NCBI GenBank assembly: GCA_043798795.1
Contig: JAZDOJ010000033.1
Span: 1 to 51,998 of the forward strand
Direction of reading: 5' to 3'
DNA length: 51,998 nucleotides
Source: Candidatus Omnitrophota bacterium
GTDB lineage: Bacteria > Omnitrophota > Gorgyraeia > Gygaellales > Profunditerraquicolaceae
Positions 1 through 11,493 of the stretch are shown here, piece after piece. The translations under genes were made by a program, and so were the position numbers. A model generated the notes under the pieces. It was not told the origin of the DNA. It did not search any database and worked only from the letters and a program-made list of their open reading frames with translations. Each line of letters opens with the position of its first letter. Position 1 is the stretch's first letter.

Positions 1-28
1 GAATTGACAAAAATAATTTAAAAAACTA

Positions 29-57
29 TTGACAAAACGCTATCTTTAGTATATATT
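29..57 (+). promoter_or_regulatory. sigma70-type promoter upstream of tRNA-Thr/rpmG
   Basis: TTGACA (29-34), 17-bp spacer, TATATT (52-57), AT-rich upstream; a second TTGACA at 4-9. Confidence 0.7.
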
Positions 58-191
58 TAAATATTTACAATCTACCCAAATAATCATTTCGGCAGCATCC
101 AGCAATAGATTGTTATTGCAAGGGTTTATAAAGAATTTTTAAAAAAATTCTTTGGGGGATTTTTTTGCGCTCGACAGAGCAAATCCAACTT

Positions 192-264
192 GCTGGAGTA
201 GCTCAGTCGGCAGAGCACGTCCTTGGTAAGGACGGGGTCACGAGTTCGATTCTCGTCTCCAGCT
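192..264 (+). tRNA. tRNA-Thr(GGT)
   Basis: Acceptor stem GCTGGAG/CTCCAGC, anticodon arm CGTCC-TTGGTAA-GGACG, T-loop GTTCGAT; CCA not encoded. Confidence 0.97.
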
Positions 265-293
265 TCGAATCAAACCAAAACACACAATAAGCC

Positions 294-443
294 ATGCGTG
301 AAATCATCACATTAGAGTGCAGTGTTTGCAAAAACAGGAATTATACAGCGACGAAAAACAAGAAGAAGCATCAGGATAGGTTAGAAACGAGCAAATTTTG
401 CAGGACGTGTCAGAAGCATACCCCTCATAAGGAAACTAAGTGA
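294..443 (+). CDS. rpmG: 50S ribosomal protein L33 (Zn-binding type), 49 aa; not in ORF track
   Basis: Hand translation [49 protein letters not shown]; two CxxC; position before tRNA-Trp-secE. Confidence 0.97.
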   Translation: MREIITLECSVCKNRNYTATKNKKKHQDRLETSKFCRTCQKHTPHKETK

Positions 444-492
444 GGCCTAAATTTACGGAGTGCAAGCGAACGTAAATTTATGGCCGAACTTA
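437..492. repeat. Palindromic element B1 (tandem-GA hairpin) overlapping the rpmG stop
   Basis: TAAGT-GA-GGCC-TAAATTTACG ... CGTAAATTTA-T-GGCC-GA-ACTTA; same termini as B2 at 15716-15817. Confidence 0.8.
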
Positions 493-540
493 TCACGGCG
501 CGAGCCGGGAAAAGGTGAAGCAGCAAGGGTGTTCAGGATT

Positions 541-611
541 AGGAGCGTCGGTTAATGGCAAACCAACGGTCTCCAAAACCGTGACTGCAGGTTCGACTCC
601 TGCCGCTCCTG
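541..611 (+). tRNA. tRNA-Trp(CCA)
   Basis: Acceptor AGGAGCG/CGCTCCT, anticodon arm ACGGT-CTCCAAA-ACCGT, T-arm GCAGG-TTCGACT-CCTGC. Confidence 0.96.
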
Positions 612-643
612 CAAAAAACGCTTAAGTTTACAAAGATGACCGC

Positions 644-835
644 ATGAACATAATCAAAAAGACAATAGGTTTCATCAAGGAAGTGAAAGTCGAGCTAGGA
701 AAAGTCGCCTGGAGCTCCCGGCAGGAGTTGATTGATTCAACCATCGTGGTGATTACCGTTACCGCTTTGATGGCTGCCTTTATTGGTGCGGTCGATATCT
801 TTCTTTCCAAAGGATTAAGTCTGCTATTTAGATGA
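644..835 (+). CDS. secE: Preprotein translocase subunit SecE
   Basis: FIKEVKVELGKVAWSSRQE motif plus one TM helix; precedes nusG. Confidence 0.95.
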   Translation: MNIIKKTIGFIKEVKVELGKVAWSSRQELIDSTIVVITVTALMAAFIGAVDIFLSKGLSLLFR

Positions 836-1359
836 AACACTGGTACGTCGTCCATACACAAACAGGTTCCGAAGAAAAGGTCAAGACATCCATTGAGCAT
901 AAAATATCCAGAGATGGCATGCAGGATTTGGTCTCCAAAGTGATTATTCCCACAGAGCAGGTTTCGGAAGTGCGTTCCGGCAAAAAAAAGATATCCCAGA
1001 GAAAGTTTTTCCCCGGATATCTCCTCGTTGAGATGGAGCTTAATGAGTCGACCTACCTCTTTGTTAAAACAGTCCCCGGGGTGACAGGATTTATCGGTCT
1101 TGGCCGAAAGCCCATGCCTCTGCCCCAGTCCGAAGTTGATAACATCTTGAAAAAGACAGAAGAAACCCAGGTCAAACCCAGCCCGAAGGTCATTTTTGAA
1201 AAGGGGGAGCAGGTCCGCATCACCGAAGGCCCCTTCTTGAATTTTAACGGAACGGTTGAGGAAATCCACCCTGAAAAAGGCAAGGTCAAGGTGAGCGTTT
1301 CCATTTTTGGAAGGTCTACACCCGTCGAATTGGAGTACTGGCAGGTAGAGAAAGTCTAA
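832..1359 (+). CDS. nusG: Transcription termination/antitermination factor NusG
   Basis: [18 protein letters not shown] domain [20 protein letters not shown]. Confidence 0.98.
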   Translation: MKHWYVVHTQTGSEEKVKTSIEHKISRDGMQDLVSKVIIPTEQVSEVRSGKKKISQRKFFPGYLLVEMELNESTYLFVKTVPGVTGFIGLGRKPMPLPQSEVDNILKKTEETQVKPSPKVIFEKGEQVRITEGPFLNFNGTVEEIHPEKGKVKVSVSIFGRSTPVELEYWQVEKV

Positions 1360-1360
1360 G

Positions 1361-1786
1361 ATGCCCAAGAAGGTAAAAGCACAGATCAAGTTGCACGTCC
1401 CGGCAGGCATTGCCAACCCAGCACCTCCGGTGGGGCCGGCCTTAGGCCAGCATGGGGTCAATATCATGCAGTTCTGTAAACAATTCAACGACCAGACCAA
1501 AAGCCGCGAAGGCCTGATTTTACCTGTTGTGATCAGCGTCTATGAAGACAGGACATTCAGTTTTATCATCAAGAGTCCTCCGTCATCCATTTTATTGAAG
1601 CGCTCCGCGAATCTGGCCAAGGCCTCCGGAACCAGCGGAAAAGAGATCATCGGTAAGGTTACGAAAAAACAGGTCGAAGAGATTGCGAAACAGAAGATGC
1701 AGGACCTTAACACCGCAGACCTTGCTATGGCCGTTAAGATCATCGAAGGCACGGCGAGAAGCATGGGCATTGTGGTTGAAGGATAA
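1361..1786 (+). CDS. rplK: 50S ribosomal protein L11
   Basis: [33 protein letters not shown]. Confidence 0.98.
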   Translation: MPKKVKAQIKLHVPAGIANPAPPVGPALGQHGVNIMQFCKQFNDQTKSREGLILPVVISVYEDRTFSFIIKSPPSSILLKRSANLAKASGTSGKEIIGKVTKKQVEEIAKQKMQDLNTADLAMAVKIIEGTARSMGIVVEG

Positions 1787-1803
1787 AGAGCTCTGAATTC
1801 ATC

Positions 1804-2484
1804 ATGAAGACAAGAAGCAAAAGGTATAAAGAATCCATCAAGCAGGTACAGGAGGATAAGGTCTATCAGTTGAAAGAGGCGATTCAAACTCTTAAAAAGA
1901 TGGCCTTGCCCAAATTTGACGGTTCCATGGATTTGCATTTCCACTTAAATGTGGATACGAAGAAATCGGAACAGATGGTTCGAGGCACTGTGTTGCTGCC
2001 GCACGGCACCGGAAAAAAAGTGAGGGTCGCGGTTTTTTGCAAAGGGGAACAGGAGAAGCTGGCGCGCGAGGCGGGTGCCGATTACGTAGGCGCCAATGAA
2101 TTGATGGACAAGGTTGCCCAGGGATTCATGGATTTCGATGTGTGCCTGGCCACTCCTGAGATGATGAAAGACTTAAGCAAATTGGGCAAGGTGCTGGGGC
2201 CCCGGGGTCTCATGCCCAGCCCCAAGACCGGCACCGTCACCCAGGATATCCTTAAAGCCTTGGAAGACGTGCGTAAGGGTAAGGTTGAGTTCCGCGTTGA
2301 CAAGCAGGCGGGGATCCATCTTTCCGTTGGGAAGGTCTCTTTCGAAGAGGACAAGTTGTATGATAATTCGACCAAGGTGATCGAAGCGCTTAATGAGGCC
2401 AAGCCGGCTACGGTCAAAGGCAAGTTTATCCAGTCGCTCTCGATCTCATCCTCCATGAACCCAGGGGTAAGGGTCGCGATATAA
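1804..2484 (+). CDS. rplA: 50S ribosomal protein L1
   Basis: VRGTVLLPHGTGK, LGPRGLMPSPKTGTVT. Confidence 0.98.
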   Translation: MKTRSKRYKESIKQVQEDKVYQLKEAIQTLKKMALPKFDGSMDLHFHLNVDTKKSEQMVRGTVLLPHGTGKKVRVAVFCKGEQEKLAREAGADYVGANELMDKVAQGFMDFDVCLATPEMMKDLSKLGKVLGPRGLMPSPKTGTVTQDILKALEDVRKGKVEFRVDKQAGIHLSVGKVSFEEDKLYDNSTKVIEALNEAKPATVKGKFIQSLSISSSMNPGVRVAI

Positions 2485-2487
2485 CAG

Positions 2488-3015
2488 ATGAAGAAACTCG
2501 GCATTATTTTCAAAGAGGCGTCAGAGAATCGCATCAAGAACTACCTGAAGGAATCTCACGCCGTCATTATCCTGAAATATTCCGGCTTATCCAGCCCGGA
2601 TTTGAGCGCCTTAAGGCAGAATCTTAAGAATTCAAACGCGGCCCTCTTTGTGGTTAAAAACAGCATTGCCTGCAGGGCGCTTGCGTCCGTTGGCCTTGAG
2701 CCATTGGTCAAATCGATTGAAGGGCCTTGTGGCATGGTGTTCGTCAAAGAAGAGCCCGTGGCTATCTCTAAGGTCTTGTGTAATTTCTCCAAAGAGCACC
2801 AACAGCTTAAATTGGAAGGTGGGCTTTTAAATGACAAGCTCCTTGAGGTTAAAGATATCGAGTTTATGTCGAAGTTGCCCTCAAAAGAAGCCCTCAGGGC
2901 ACAGGTCGTCATGACATTAAATGCACCCATTTCAGGCCTGGTGATGGCCTTGAACCAGATTTTGAGCAAGTTTGTTTATTGCCTGGACCAGATTAAACAG
3001 AAGAAGACAAATTAG
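2488..3015 (+). CDS. rplJ: 50S ribosomal protein L10
   Basis: VVKNS, GPCGMVF, SKLPSKEAL; position between rplA and rplL. Confidence 0.95.
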   Translation: MKKLGIIFKEASENRIKNYLKESHAVIILKYSGLSSPDLSALRQNLKNSNAALFVVKNSIACRALASVGLEPLVKSIEGPCGMVFVKEEPVAISKVLCNFSKEHQQLKLEGGLLNDKLLEVKDIEFMSKLPSKEALRAQVVMTLNAPISGLVMALNQILSKFVYCLDQIKQKKTN

Positions 3016-3018
3016 GGT

Positions 3019-3034
3019 TAGTTCATAGTAAAAG
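3019..3034 (+). repeat. Heptamer-based repeat C1 (TAGTTCA-TAGTAAAAG)
   Basis: 16 nt identical to the reverse complement of 36683-36698; related copies at 16543-16571 and 21031-21053. Confidence 0.6.
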
Positions 3035-3073
3035 CAAAAACAAATAAAATAAGATAGTCACAAAGGAGGAGAT

Positions 3074-3463
3074 ATGGCAGAGAAATTGGAAGAACTCATC
3101 AAATCTATCGAAAGCATGACCGTATTGGAACTTTCGGATTTGGTGAAGGCATTGGAAGAAAAGTTCGACGTTAAGGCGAATATGCCGATGATGGCGGTTG
3201 CTTCAGCGGGTGCTGCAGGTGGTGCAGGTGCCGCTGCTCCCGCAGAGGAAAAAAGCACTTTTAACGTGGTCCTAACCAGCGCCGGAGCCAACAAGATTTC
3301 GGTGATCAAAGAGGTGAGAAGCATGACCAGCCTCGGTTTAAAAGAAGCCAAGGACCTGGTTGATGCCGCACCCAAGCCCGTTAAAGAAGGCGTTCCGAAG
3401 GAAGAAGCGCAAGAGATGAAGAAGAAGTTAGAAGCGACTGGAGCAACTGTTGAACTTAAATAG
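3074..3463 (+). CDS. rplL: 50S ribosomal protein L7/L12
   Basis: Ala-rich hinge, [19 protein letters not shown]; SD AAGGAG. Confidence 0.98.
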   Translation: MAEKLEELIKSIESMTVLELSDLVKALEEKFDVKANMPMMAVASAGAAGGAGAAAPAEEKSTFNVVLTSAGANKISVIKEVRSMTSLGLKEAKDLVDAAPKPVKEGVPKEEAQEMKKKLEATGATVELK

Positions 3464-3466
3464 TTA

Positions 3467-3526
3467 GCCAGTTCGCCGGTTCGTCAGTTCAACTGGAAAC
3501 CGGCCAATAGGCAAACCCGGAAAACC
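3467..3526. repeat. Octamer-unit imperfect palindrome between rplL and rpoB
   Basis: GCCAGTTC-GCCGGTTC-GTCAGTTC followed by complementary AACTGG/AACCGGC-like units; no U-tract. Confidence 0.55.
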
Positions 3527-3533
3527 AAAGATA

Positions 3534-6500
3534 ATGATTAAGCGAAAAAATTTCGCGAAGCTCAAGGAGGTTTACGACCTCCCTAACCTTTTAGACGTGC
3601 AGCTGGTGCCTTACCATGAATTTCTTCAGATGGATGTGTCTTTGAAGGAGAGAAAGCGTTTAGGTTTGCAAGAGGTTTTCGAGGATATTTTTCCGATTGA
3701 AAACGCCAACCGCTCCGTGAAGTTGGAATTTATCAGCTACTCTCTGGGAAAGCCAAAATACACCATTTCTGAATCCAAGATCCGGGCACTGACCTATGCC
3801 TCTCCCTTAAAGGTGAAGTTCAGACTGTCCACGCCCCAAGAGACCAAGGAGCAGGATGCCTATTTTGGCGAGATACCCCTGATGACCGAGACAGGCACAT
3901 TTGTCATTAACGGAGACGAGCGGGTCGTGGTGAGTCAATTGCAGCGCTCTCCCGGCGTTTCTTTTGAAGAGGAGCTCCATCCTACGGGCAAAAAGATTTT
4001 CTACGGCAGAGTCATCCCCTATCGAGGGGCGTGGCTTGAGTTTAAGTACGACCTCACGGAGACGATCCTGGCCTACGTTGACAGAAGAAGGAATTTTCCC
4101 GCCACTCAGATCCTGAGGATCCTCGGATTCTCGCAAGACGCCGATATCCTGAAGGCTTTCCAAAAAGAATACCCGGAAATCATCAATACCCTGAAGAAAG
4201 ATTACACCAAGAATAAGGAAGAGGCCTACCTAGATTTTTACCGTAAAATGAGGCCCACAGAGCCTATCACCAAAGAGGCAGCCGAAGGCCTGTTTTATAG
4301 ATTATTTTTTGACCCTGCCCGATATGATCTGGAGCGTTCCGGAAGGTTTATCCTCAATAGAAAATTAGGGATGGACGTATCCTTGGAAAAAAGGATTCTT
4401 GATTCCGATACGGTGATTAAGGTCATCGAGTACCTTATCAGGCTTAAAGAAGGCGTCGGGAAGATCGACGATATAGACCATCTGGGAAACCGCCGCGTTA
4501 AGACCGTGGGAGAATTGGTCCAGAATCAGGTGAGGATCGGTATGAGCCGCGTGGAGCGTTCTATCCGGGAGCGTCTAAGCATTTTAGGGGAATTCGATAA
4601 CCTCAACGTCCATTACCTGATCAATTCAAAGTTATTATCCAATCAGATCCGTGATTTCTTTGCCAGAAGCCAGTTATCCCAGTTCATGGATCAGGTGAAT
4701 CCTTTGGCTGAGATGACGCATAAACGAAGGCTCAGCGCGCTTGGCCCAGGCGGATTATCCCGCGAACGCGCTGGTTTTGAGGTGAGGGATATCCATCCTT
4801 CCCATTACGGCCGAGTCTGCCCCATAGAAACGCCGGAAGGGCCCAATATCGGTTTGATTGCCTCTTTGAGCACCTACGCCCGCGTCAATCCTCTGGGGCT
4901 CCTGGAGACGCCTTATAGGAAAGTCGAGGAAGGCCGCGTCACCAAGAAAATCGAATACCTGACCGCCGATATAGAAGAAGAGAAAGTCATTGCCCAGGCG
5001 AATGTTCCTCTGGATGAAAACGGATATTTCGTCGATAGGGAAGTCTCCTGTCGCTACAAGGATGATTTCCCGAAAGTCCCCGGCAAACAAGTCGAATACA
5101 TGGATGTTTCTCCCAAGCAATTGGTCTCTGTAGCCGCTTCCCTGATTCCTTTTCTGGAGCACGATGATGCCAACCGCGCCCTCATGGGTTCGAACATGCA
5201 GCGCCAGGCCGTGCCTCTCATGATCACCGAACCGCCGATTATCGGGACCCAGATTGAAGAAAAAGTGGCCCGCGATTCAGGGACGGTCGTGGTCGCAGAA
5301 GAATCCGGTAAGGTCAACGCCGTGGATTCATCTTCTATCACCGTAGGTAAAAGAATATATCACTTAAAGAAGTTTCTGCGCACCAATGCCGATACCTGCC
5401 TGAATCAACGGCCCCTGGTCGGATTAGGAGAGCACGTTGAAAAGGGTCAGATCATCGCGGATGGCATGAGCACGAAGAACGGAGAGTTGGCTTTGGGCCG
5501 AAATGTCTTATGCGCGTTTATGCCTTGGCGCGGTTATAATTTTGAAGACGCCATCCTCGTCAGTGAACAATTGATCCGGGAAGATCAGTTCACCTCCATC
5601 CATATAGAGGAGTTTGAGATAGAGGCCACCGAGACGAGACTGGGGAACGAAGAGGTCACTCGCGATATCCCCAATGTCAGCGAAGAGGCCTTAAGGAACC
5701 TGGATGAAACAGGGATTATTCGGATTGGCGCAGAGGTGGGATCCGGTGATATTCTCGTCGGCAAAATCACCCCCAAGACGGATTCAGAGCCTTCTCCGGA
5801 AGAAAGGTTGCTCCGCGCCATCTTCGGAGAAAAGGCAGGGGACGTCAGGGATACTTCCTTGATCGCCCCTCCGGGCGTTGCAGGCGTGGCGATAGACGTC
5901 CACGTATTCTCGCGCAAGGATCGCGGCCGTAAGTCCAAGGAAGAAAAGTCTAAGGAGCTCGCTAAAATAAAGGAATTAAAGGCTTACTACAATCAGGAGA
6001 CTGAATTTGTCCGCGGAGAAAAGATCGCCCGTTTGGCCAGCCTTTTGGGTGTAGACAGCCGCAAGATCGAAAAGATGGATTTCAGCGATAACGAAGAGGC
6101 AAAAATACTGGCTGCTTCTTTTGACGAGCAGATTCAAGAATTGTTGGCTGAAGAGGAGCAGGAAATCGAAAAGGTACGCAGGGGCGATGAACTGCCGGCA
6201 GGTGTGTTAAAGCGCGTGGTGGTTTATGTCGCCACAAAACGAAAGATGGCCGAAGGCGATAAGTTAGCCGGAAGGCATGGAAATAAGGGTGTGGTGGCTA
6301 GGATTATCCCTGAAGAGAACATGCCTTTTATGCCGGATGGCACTCCTGTTGGAATCGTGCTCAATCCCTTGGGTGTGCCTTCGCGTATGAACGTCGGGCA
6401 GATCCTGGAGGCGCATCTTTCCTGGGCAGCCAAGGTATTAGGCCTTTACATCAGTTGTCCTGTTTTTGACGGTGCCAAAGAATCAGAGATCCAGGAGATG

Positions 6501-6938
6501 CTGGAGAAGGCAAAATTACCCAAAGAAGGCAAGATCACGCTTTATGATGGCTACTCCGGGGAACCGTTCGACCAGAAAGTCACGGTGGGTTACCTCTATA
6601 TCATGAAATTAATCCATCTGGTGGATGAGAAGATTCACGCCCGTTCCATCGGTCCTTATTCTCTGGTAACGCAGCAACCCTTAGGCGGCAAGGCCCAGTT
6701 CGGCGGCCAGAGGCTGGGAGAGATGGAAGTCTGGGCTTTAGAGGCCTATGGGGCGGCGTTTACTTTGCAGGAGATGCTTACGGTCAAAAGCGATGATGTT
6801 TCAGGAAGGACGCGAATTTATGAAGCGATCGTCAAAGGCGAGCAGCGTTTATCCCACGGAACCCCTGAATCGTTCAATGTTCTCATTAAGGAGTTGCAGG
6901 GTTTAGGGCTGGACATAAAAACGGAGAAATCCAAATAA
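3534..6938 (+). CDS. rpoB: DNA-directed RNA polymerase subunit beta (compact, 1134 aa)
   Basis: [48 protein letters not shown]. Confidence 0.99.
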   Translation: MIKRKNFAKLKEVYDLPNLLDVQLVPYHEFLQMDVSLKERKRLGLQEVFEDIFPIENANRSVKLEFISYSLGKPKYTISESKIRALTYASPLKVKFRLSTPQETKEQDAYFGEIPLMTETGTFVINGDERVVVSQLQRSPGVSFEEELHPTGKKIFYGRVIPYRGAWLEFKYDLTETILAYVDRRRNFPATQILRILGFSQDADILKAFQKEYPEIINTLKKDYTKNKEEAYLDFYRKMRPTEPITKEAAEGLFYRLFFDPARYDLERSGRFILNRKLGMDVSLEKRILDSDTVIKVIEYLIRLKEGVGKIDDIDHLGNRRVKTVGELVQNQVRIGMSRVERSIRERLSILGEFDNLNVHYLINSKLLSNQIRDFFARSQLSQFMDQVNPLAEMTHKRRLSALGPGGLSRERAGFEVRDIHPSHYGRVCPIETPEGPNIGLIASLSTYARVNPLGLLETPYRKVEEGRVTKKIEYLTADIEEEKVIAQANVPLDENGYFVDREVSCRYKDDFPKVPGKQVEYMDVSPKQLVSVAASLIPFLEHDDANRALMGSNMQRQAVPLMITEPPIIGTQIEEKVARDSGTVVVAEESGKVNAVDSSSITVGKRIYHLKKFLRTNADTCLNQRPLVGLGEHVEKGQIIADGMSTKNGELALGRNVLCAFMPWRGYNFEDAILVSEQLIREDQFTSIHIEEFEIEATETRLGNEEVTRDIPNVSEEALRNLDETGIIRIGAEVGSGDILVGKITPKTDSEPSPEERLLRAIFGEKAGDVRDTSLIAPPGVAGVAIDVHVFSRKDRGRKSKEEKSKELAKIKELKAYYNQETEFVRGEKIARLASLLGVDSRKIEKMDFSDNEEAKILAASFDEQIQELLAEEEQEIEKVRRGDELPAGVLKRVVVYVATKRKMAEGDKLAGRHGNKGVVARIIPEENMPFMPDGTPVGIVLNPLGVPSRMNVGQILEAHLSWAAKVLGLYISCPVFDGAKESEIQEMLEKAKLPKEGKITLYDGYSGEPFDQKVTVGYLYIMKLIHLVDEKIHARSIGPYSLVTQQPLGGKAQFGGQRLGEMEVWALEAYGAAFTLQEMLTVKSDDVSGRTRIYEAIVKGEQRLSHGTPESFNVLIKELQGLGLDIKTEKSK

Positions 6939-6939
6939 G

Positions 6940-9900
6940 ATGGAAGAGGCCCTGACGTTTGACAGTATATCGATAAAGATCGCCAGCCCCCAGGTTATCA
7001 AATCCTGGTCAAGGGGTGAAGTGAGGAAGGCAGAGACCATTAACTACCGCACCCTGAAGCCAGAGAAGGACGGCCTGTTCTGCGAAAAGATCTTTGGGCC
7101 GGTGCGGGACTGGGAGTGCAACTGCGGTAAATATAAAGGAATAAAATTTAAGGGAATTACCTGCGACCGTTGCGCCGTAACAGTAGATCGCTCTTCGGTC
7201 AGGCGCGAGCGCATGGGCCATATCGAGTTAGCGACACCCGTTACCCATATCTGGTTTTTTAAGGCTGTGCCCAGCCGCATGTCCGCTTTATTGGATATCG
7301 GCCTGCGGGATTTGGAGAAGATCATCTACTACGAAGAATATGTGGTCGTGGACCCTGGGACCTCTGCGCTCAAGAAGAAAGAGCTGTTGAGTGAGGAAAA
7401 ATATCAGGAGGCACTTGAGAAATACCAGGGGAGTTTTAAAGCCAAGATAGGCGCTGAGGCGGTCAGGGATTTATTGAAAGAGCTGGACCTGGACAGCCAG
7501 TGCCGTAAATTACACCGAGACCTGGAGAAATCCAAGGATGCGCTTGGTAACCGTAAGGCTTTAAAGGCCCTAAAGATCGTAGAAGATTTTAAGAAATCCA
7601 AGAATAGGCCGGAATGGATGATATTGGAGGTTCTGCCCGTCATTCCGCCTGATCTGAGACCCCTGGTTCCTCTTGACGGAGGCCGTTTTGCTACCTCCGA
7701 TTTAAACGATCTCTATCGCAGGGTGATCAACCGCAATAATCGTTTAAAGAAGCTTATCGAATTGGCAGCACCTGAGATCATCATTCGTAATGAAAAGAGG
7801 ATGCTTCAGGAAGCGGTGGATGCGCTGCTTGATAACGGCAGGCACGGTAAGCCTGTCATAGGCGCGAATAACCGGCCCCTGAAGTCTCTTTCCGATATGC
7901 TGAAAGGAAAACAAGGCCGGTTCAGGCAGAATCTTTTGGGCAAGCGCGTGGATTATTCAGGGCGTTCCGTCATCGTGGTGGGCCCGGAGCTTAAGCTTGG
8001 TGAGTGTGGCCTTCCTAAGCAGATGGCCTTGGAACTCTTCGAGCCGTTTATCATAAAAAAGCTGAGAGAAAAAGGGTTTGTGCACACCATCAAGGGAGCG
8101 CGTCGAATGGTTGAGCGCGGTAAAATCGAAGTATGGGATATTCTTGATGAAGTCATCAAAGACCACCCGGTGCTCTTGAACCGTGCACCGACGCTGCACC
8201 GCTTAGGGATCCAGGCCTTTCAGCCGGTCCTCATCGAAGGCAAATCCATCAAGATTCACCCCTTGGTCTGTACCGCATTCAACGCAGATTTTGACGGAGA
8301 CCAAATGGCTGTCCATGTGCCTCTATCGCTGGAATCGCAGCTGGAAGCAAAAATCCTGATGCTCTCCGTGAACAATATCTTTTCTCCGGCGGACGGCCGG
8401 CCCATAGGCACACCTACCCAGGATATCATCTTGGGCGTTTCTTATATGACCAAAATAAAACCGGGCGCTAAAGGCGAAGGTAAGATATTCGCCCATCCTG
8501 ATGAGGCCCTCATCGCCTACGAAGATAAAGTTGTAGAGTTGCATACGGCCATAAAACTTCGTATTGAGGCGATCTTCGATTTAGAGGAGAAGAAGGCCAC
8601 CACCGGCAGGCAGATTATTGAGACAACCGTCGGCCGGATCTTATTCAATGCGGAGCTGCCCAAGGGTTTTGGTTTTGTCAACAGGGAGTTAAACAAGACG
8701 CAGGTGGGAGACATTGTTGTCGAATGCTATAAGCGCTTCGGCCACTCGGCGACGGTTCAGTTGTTAGATGACATAAAAAAGCTGGGTTTTGAGATGGCTA
8801 CGGCAGGAGGCATCTCCATAGGTATCCATGATTTGAACATCCCGGAAGGAAAGAAGGACGTCTTGAAGGAGTCCCGCGCAGAAGTTGTCAAAGTGGAAGA
8901 GCAATATCGAAGAGGCATTATCACGGACAGCGAGCGTAAATCCAAGGTGATAGATATCTGGACGCATGCGACGGATAAGGTTTCTGACCTTCTCTTCAAA
9001 GGGATGGATCCTTTTAATCCTATATTCATGATGGCTGATTCCGGCGCCCGAGGTTCGAGGCTTCAAATCAGGCAGTTGGCCGGCATGAGGGGTTTGATGG
9101 CCAAGCCATCAGGGGAGATCATCGAAAGCCCCATAACCGCTAACTTCAGAGAAGGACTCAACGTTTTGGAATATTTTATTTCCACCCACGGTGCCCGTAA
9201 GGGTTTGGCGGATACGGCCCTGAAGACCGCTGATGCAGGATACTTGACCCGCCGGCTCGTTGATGTGGCTCAGGAAGTGATTGTTTGTGAACCGGATTGC
9301 GGCACCTTGAACGGCATCACGGTTGCGGCGATTATCGAAGGGGATGAAGTGGTGGTAAGCCTCAAGGACCGCATTGTCGGCCGTGTCGCCCTGGATAACA
9401 TCGTGGATATCATCACGGATGAGGTGATCGTTGAGTCAGGTACGGAGATCAGCGAAGAAAAGTCGGATATGATCGATAGGCTGGGGATTGAAAGGATCCG
9501 TATCCGCAGCGTCCTGACGTGCGAATCCGGAAAAGGCGCTTGCACGAAATGCTACGGTAGGAATCTGGCCACGGGAAGGTTAGTGGAATTAGGAGAGGCC
9601 GTAGGCGTCATTGCGGCTCAAAGCATAGGTGAGCCGGGAACGCAGTTGACCATGAGGACGTTCCACATCGGCGGGACCGCCTCCAGGGTCGTGGAGCAAT
9701 CGTTTATCAAATCTAAGAATAAAGGTATCATCAAATACCATAGCCTCAGGGTCACGGCCAAGAATAAGGAATTCGTCGTTTTGAACAGGAATGGCTCTGT
9801 TAGCATCAATGATAAGCAGGGCCGCGAGATGGAGCGTTATCCTCTGGCCCAGGGTTCATTTTTAAGCATAGCCGACGCAGGAGAAGTGGCCAAGGGCATT

Positions 9901-10992
9901 GCCTTTGCGCGATGGGACCCCTACACCTTGCCCGTCCTCACGGAGGTCAGTGGCCAGGTCAAGTATGAAGACTTAAAAGAAAATATCACGGTTCGTGAAG
10001 AGCTGAATCCCGTTACGAAATTGACGGAGCGGGTGGTGGTTGAGCATAAGCAGGAGTATCATCCTCAGATCCTGATGCTGGATTCGGAGAAAGAAGTATC
10101 GGGCATTTATCCTATCCCCATGGGTGCCCACATTCTGGTCAAAGACGGTCAGAAGGTGGAAGCCGGAGACCTTTTAGGAAAGATCCCGCGCCTTGTGGTG
10201 AAGACCAGGGATATCACGGGTGGCCTCCCCCGCGTAGCGGAGTTGTTCGAGGCCAGGCGTCCGAAAGATCCGGCCGTCATCAGCGAAATCGACGGGTTCG
10301 TCGAATTCGGCGAGACCAAGAAAGGGCAGCGCGTCATCATCGTCAAATCCACCACAGGGATGTTAGGAGAATATACGATTCCTCACGGAAAACATCCGAA
10401 TGTTTATAAAGGAGATAAGGTTATAGCCGGACAGCAGTTGACGGATGGGCCGGTTGTGTTACAGGATATCTTAAGGGTTTGCGGAGATAAGGTGCTCCAG
10501 GAATATCTCGTCAATGAGGTTCAGGAAGTCTATCGTCTGCAGGGTGTGCGCATCAATGACAAGCATATCGAGTTGATCATCCGGCAGATGCTCAAGAAGA
10601 TCAGGATCGAGGACCCGGGCGATACGGAATTTCTGGCGACGCAGCAAATCGATAAATGGAAGTTCCAAAAAGAGAATGCCAGGGTTATCAAAAAAGGCGG
10701 GAAACCCGCTCAGGCAACACCCTTGTTATTAGGGATTACCAAGGCCTCATTGACGACTGAAAGTTTTATCTCTGCGGCCAGTTTCCAGGAGACAACCCGT
10801 GTCCTGACGGACGCTGCGGCCTCAGGTAAGCGCGATGAACTATTTGGCCTGAAAGAGAACGTGATTGTCGGGCATCTGATCCCGGCCGGTACGGGTTTCC
10901 GCGACCATCGCGACATCGAAGTGATCAAGGTCATCGAAAGCGCTAAAGCGAAAGTTGAGAAAAAGCAGGAAAAAGAAGAGAAAGAAAAATAG
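6940..10992 (+). CDS. rpoC: DNA-directed RNA polymerase subunit beta'
   Basis: Catalytic NADFDGD, N-terminal Zn finger, [13 protein letters not shown]. Confidence 0.99.
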   Translation: MEEALTFDSISIKIASPQVIKSWSRGEVRKAETINYRTLKPEKDGLFCEKIFGPVRDWECNCGKYKGIKFKGITCDRCAVTVDRSSVRRERMGHIELATPVTHIWFFKAVPSRMSALLDIGLRDLEKIIYYEEYVVVDPGTSALKKKELLSEEKYQEALEKYQGSFKAKIGAEAVRDLLKELDLDSQCRKLHRDLEKSKDALGNRKALKALKIVEDFKKSKNRPEWMILEVLPVIPPDLRPLVPLDGGRFATSDLNDLYRRVINRNNRLKKLIELAAPEIIIRNEKRMLQEAVDALLDNGRHGKPVIGANNRPLKSLSDMLKGKQGRFRQNLLGKRVDYSGRSVIVVGPELKLGECGLPKQMALELFEPFIIKKLREKGFVHTIKGARRMVERGKIEVWDILDEVIKDHPVLLNRAPTLHRLGIQAFQPVLIEGKSIKIHPLVCTAFNADFDGDQMAVHVPLSLESQLEAKILMLSVNNIFSPADGRPIGTPTQDIILGVSYMTKIKPGAKGEGKIFAHPDEALIAYEDKVVELHTAIKLRIEAIFDLEEKKATTGRQIIETTVGRILFNAELPKGFGFVNRELNKTQVGDIVVECYKRFGHSATVQLLDDIKKLGFEMATAGGISIGIHDLNIPEGKKDVLKESRAEVVKVEEQYRRGIITDSERKSKVIDIWTHATDKVSDLLFKGMDPFNPIFMMADSGARGSRLQIRQLAGMRGLMAKPSGEIIESPITANFREGLNVLEYFISTHGARKGLADTALKTADAGYLTRRLVDVAQEVIVCEPDCGTLNGITVAAIIEGDEVVVSLKDRIVGRVALDNIVDIITDEVIVESGTEISEEKSDMIDRLGIERIRIRSVLTCESGKGACTKCYGRNLATGRLVELGEAVGVIAAQSIGEPGTQLTMRTFHIGGTASRVVEQSFIKSKNKGIIKYHSLRVTAKNKEFVVLNRNGSVSINDKQGREMERYPLAQGSFLSIADAGEVAKGIAFARWDPYTLPVLTEVSGQVKYEDLKENITVREELNPVTKLTERVVVEHKQEYHPQILMLDSEKEVSGIYPIPMGAHILVKDGQKVEAGDLLGKIPRLVVKTRDITGGLPRVAELFEARRPKDPAVISEIDGFVEFGETKKGQRVIIVKSTTGMLGEYTIPHGKHPNVYKGDKVIAGQQLTDGPVVLQDILRVCGDKVLQEYLVNEVQEVYRLQGVRINDKHIELIIRQMLKKIRIEDPGDTEFLATQQIDKWKFQKENARVIKKGGKPAQATPLLLGITKASLTTESFISAASFQETTRVLTDAAASGKRDELFGLKENVIVGHLIPAGTGFRDHRDIEVIKVIESAKAKVEKKQEKEEKEK

Positions 10993-11007
10993 GAGTTAAA
11001 ATTTAGT

Positions 11008-11379
11008 ATGCCTACGATTTCCCAATTAATCCGCTTAGGGAGGATTTCAAAAAAGAAAAAGACCAAGTCACCGGCTTTAAAGGCATGTCCTCAGAGGCGC
11101 GGCGTCTGCCTTCAGGTGCGTACCATGACGCCTAAAAAGCCGAACTCAGCACTCAGGAAGATCGCCAGGGTGCGATTGACGACGGGTATCGAAGTGACAT
11201 CCTACATCCCCGGTGAAGGCCATAACCTGCAGGAACACTCCATTGTTTTAGTCAGGGGTGGCCGCGTTAAGGACCTGCCTGGGGTCAGGTATCACATCGT
11301 GCGCGGAACGTTGGATGCGGCCGGGGTGAATCAGAGGAAGCAGTCCCGGTCAAAATATGGAGCGAAGAGGCCGAAATAA
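11008..11379 (+). CDS. rpsL: 30S ribosomal protein S12
   Basis: [22 protein letters not shown]. Confidence 0.99.
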   Translation: MPTISQLIRLGRISKKKKTKSPALKACPQRRGVCLQVRTMTPKKPNSALRKIARVRLTTGIEVTSYIPGEGHNLQEHSIVLVRGGRVKDLPGVRYHIVRGTLDAAGVNQRKQSRSKYGAKRPK

Positions 11380-11389
11380 TGAGGAATCC

Positions 11390-11493
11390 CTTGACACGAA
11401 ATCGACGACAGATAAAAGGAAGCATTTCGTGTCAAGTAAATTCGCACATAAACTTACTCACACTGTCGTGTTCGTAAGTTTAGTGCTCATTTA
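11390..11493. repeat. Double-hairpin element A1 abutting the rpsG ATG
   Basis: Hairpin 1 CTTGACACGAAAT (11390-11402)/ATTTCGTGTCAAG (11424-11436); hairpin 2 spans 11437-11493; near-identical to A2 and A3. Confidence 0.92.

Noticed and set aside
130-153. AT-rich inverted repeat AAAGAATTTTT/AAAAATTCTTT upstream of tRNA-Thr
   Set aside because: Low complexity in an AT-rich leader, so chance cannot be excluded and no function can be assigned.
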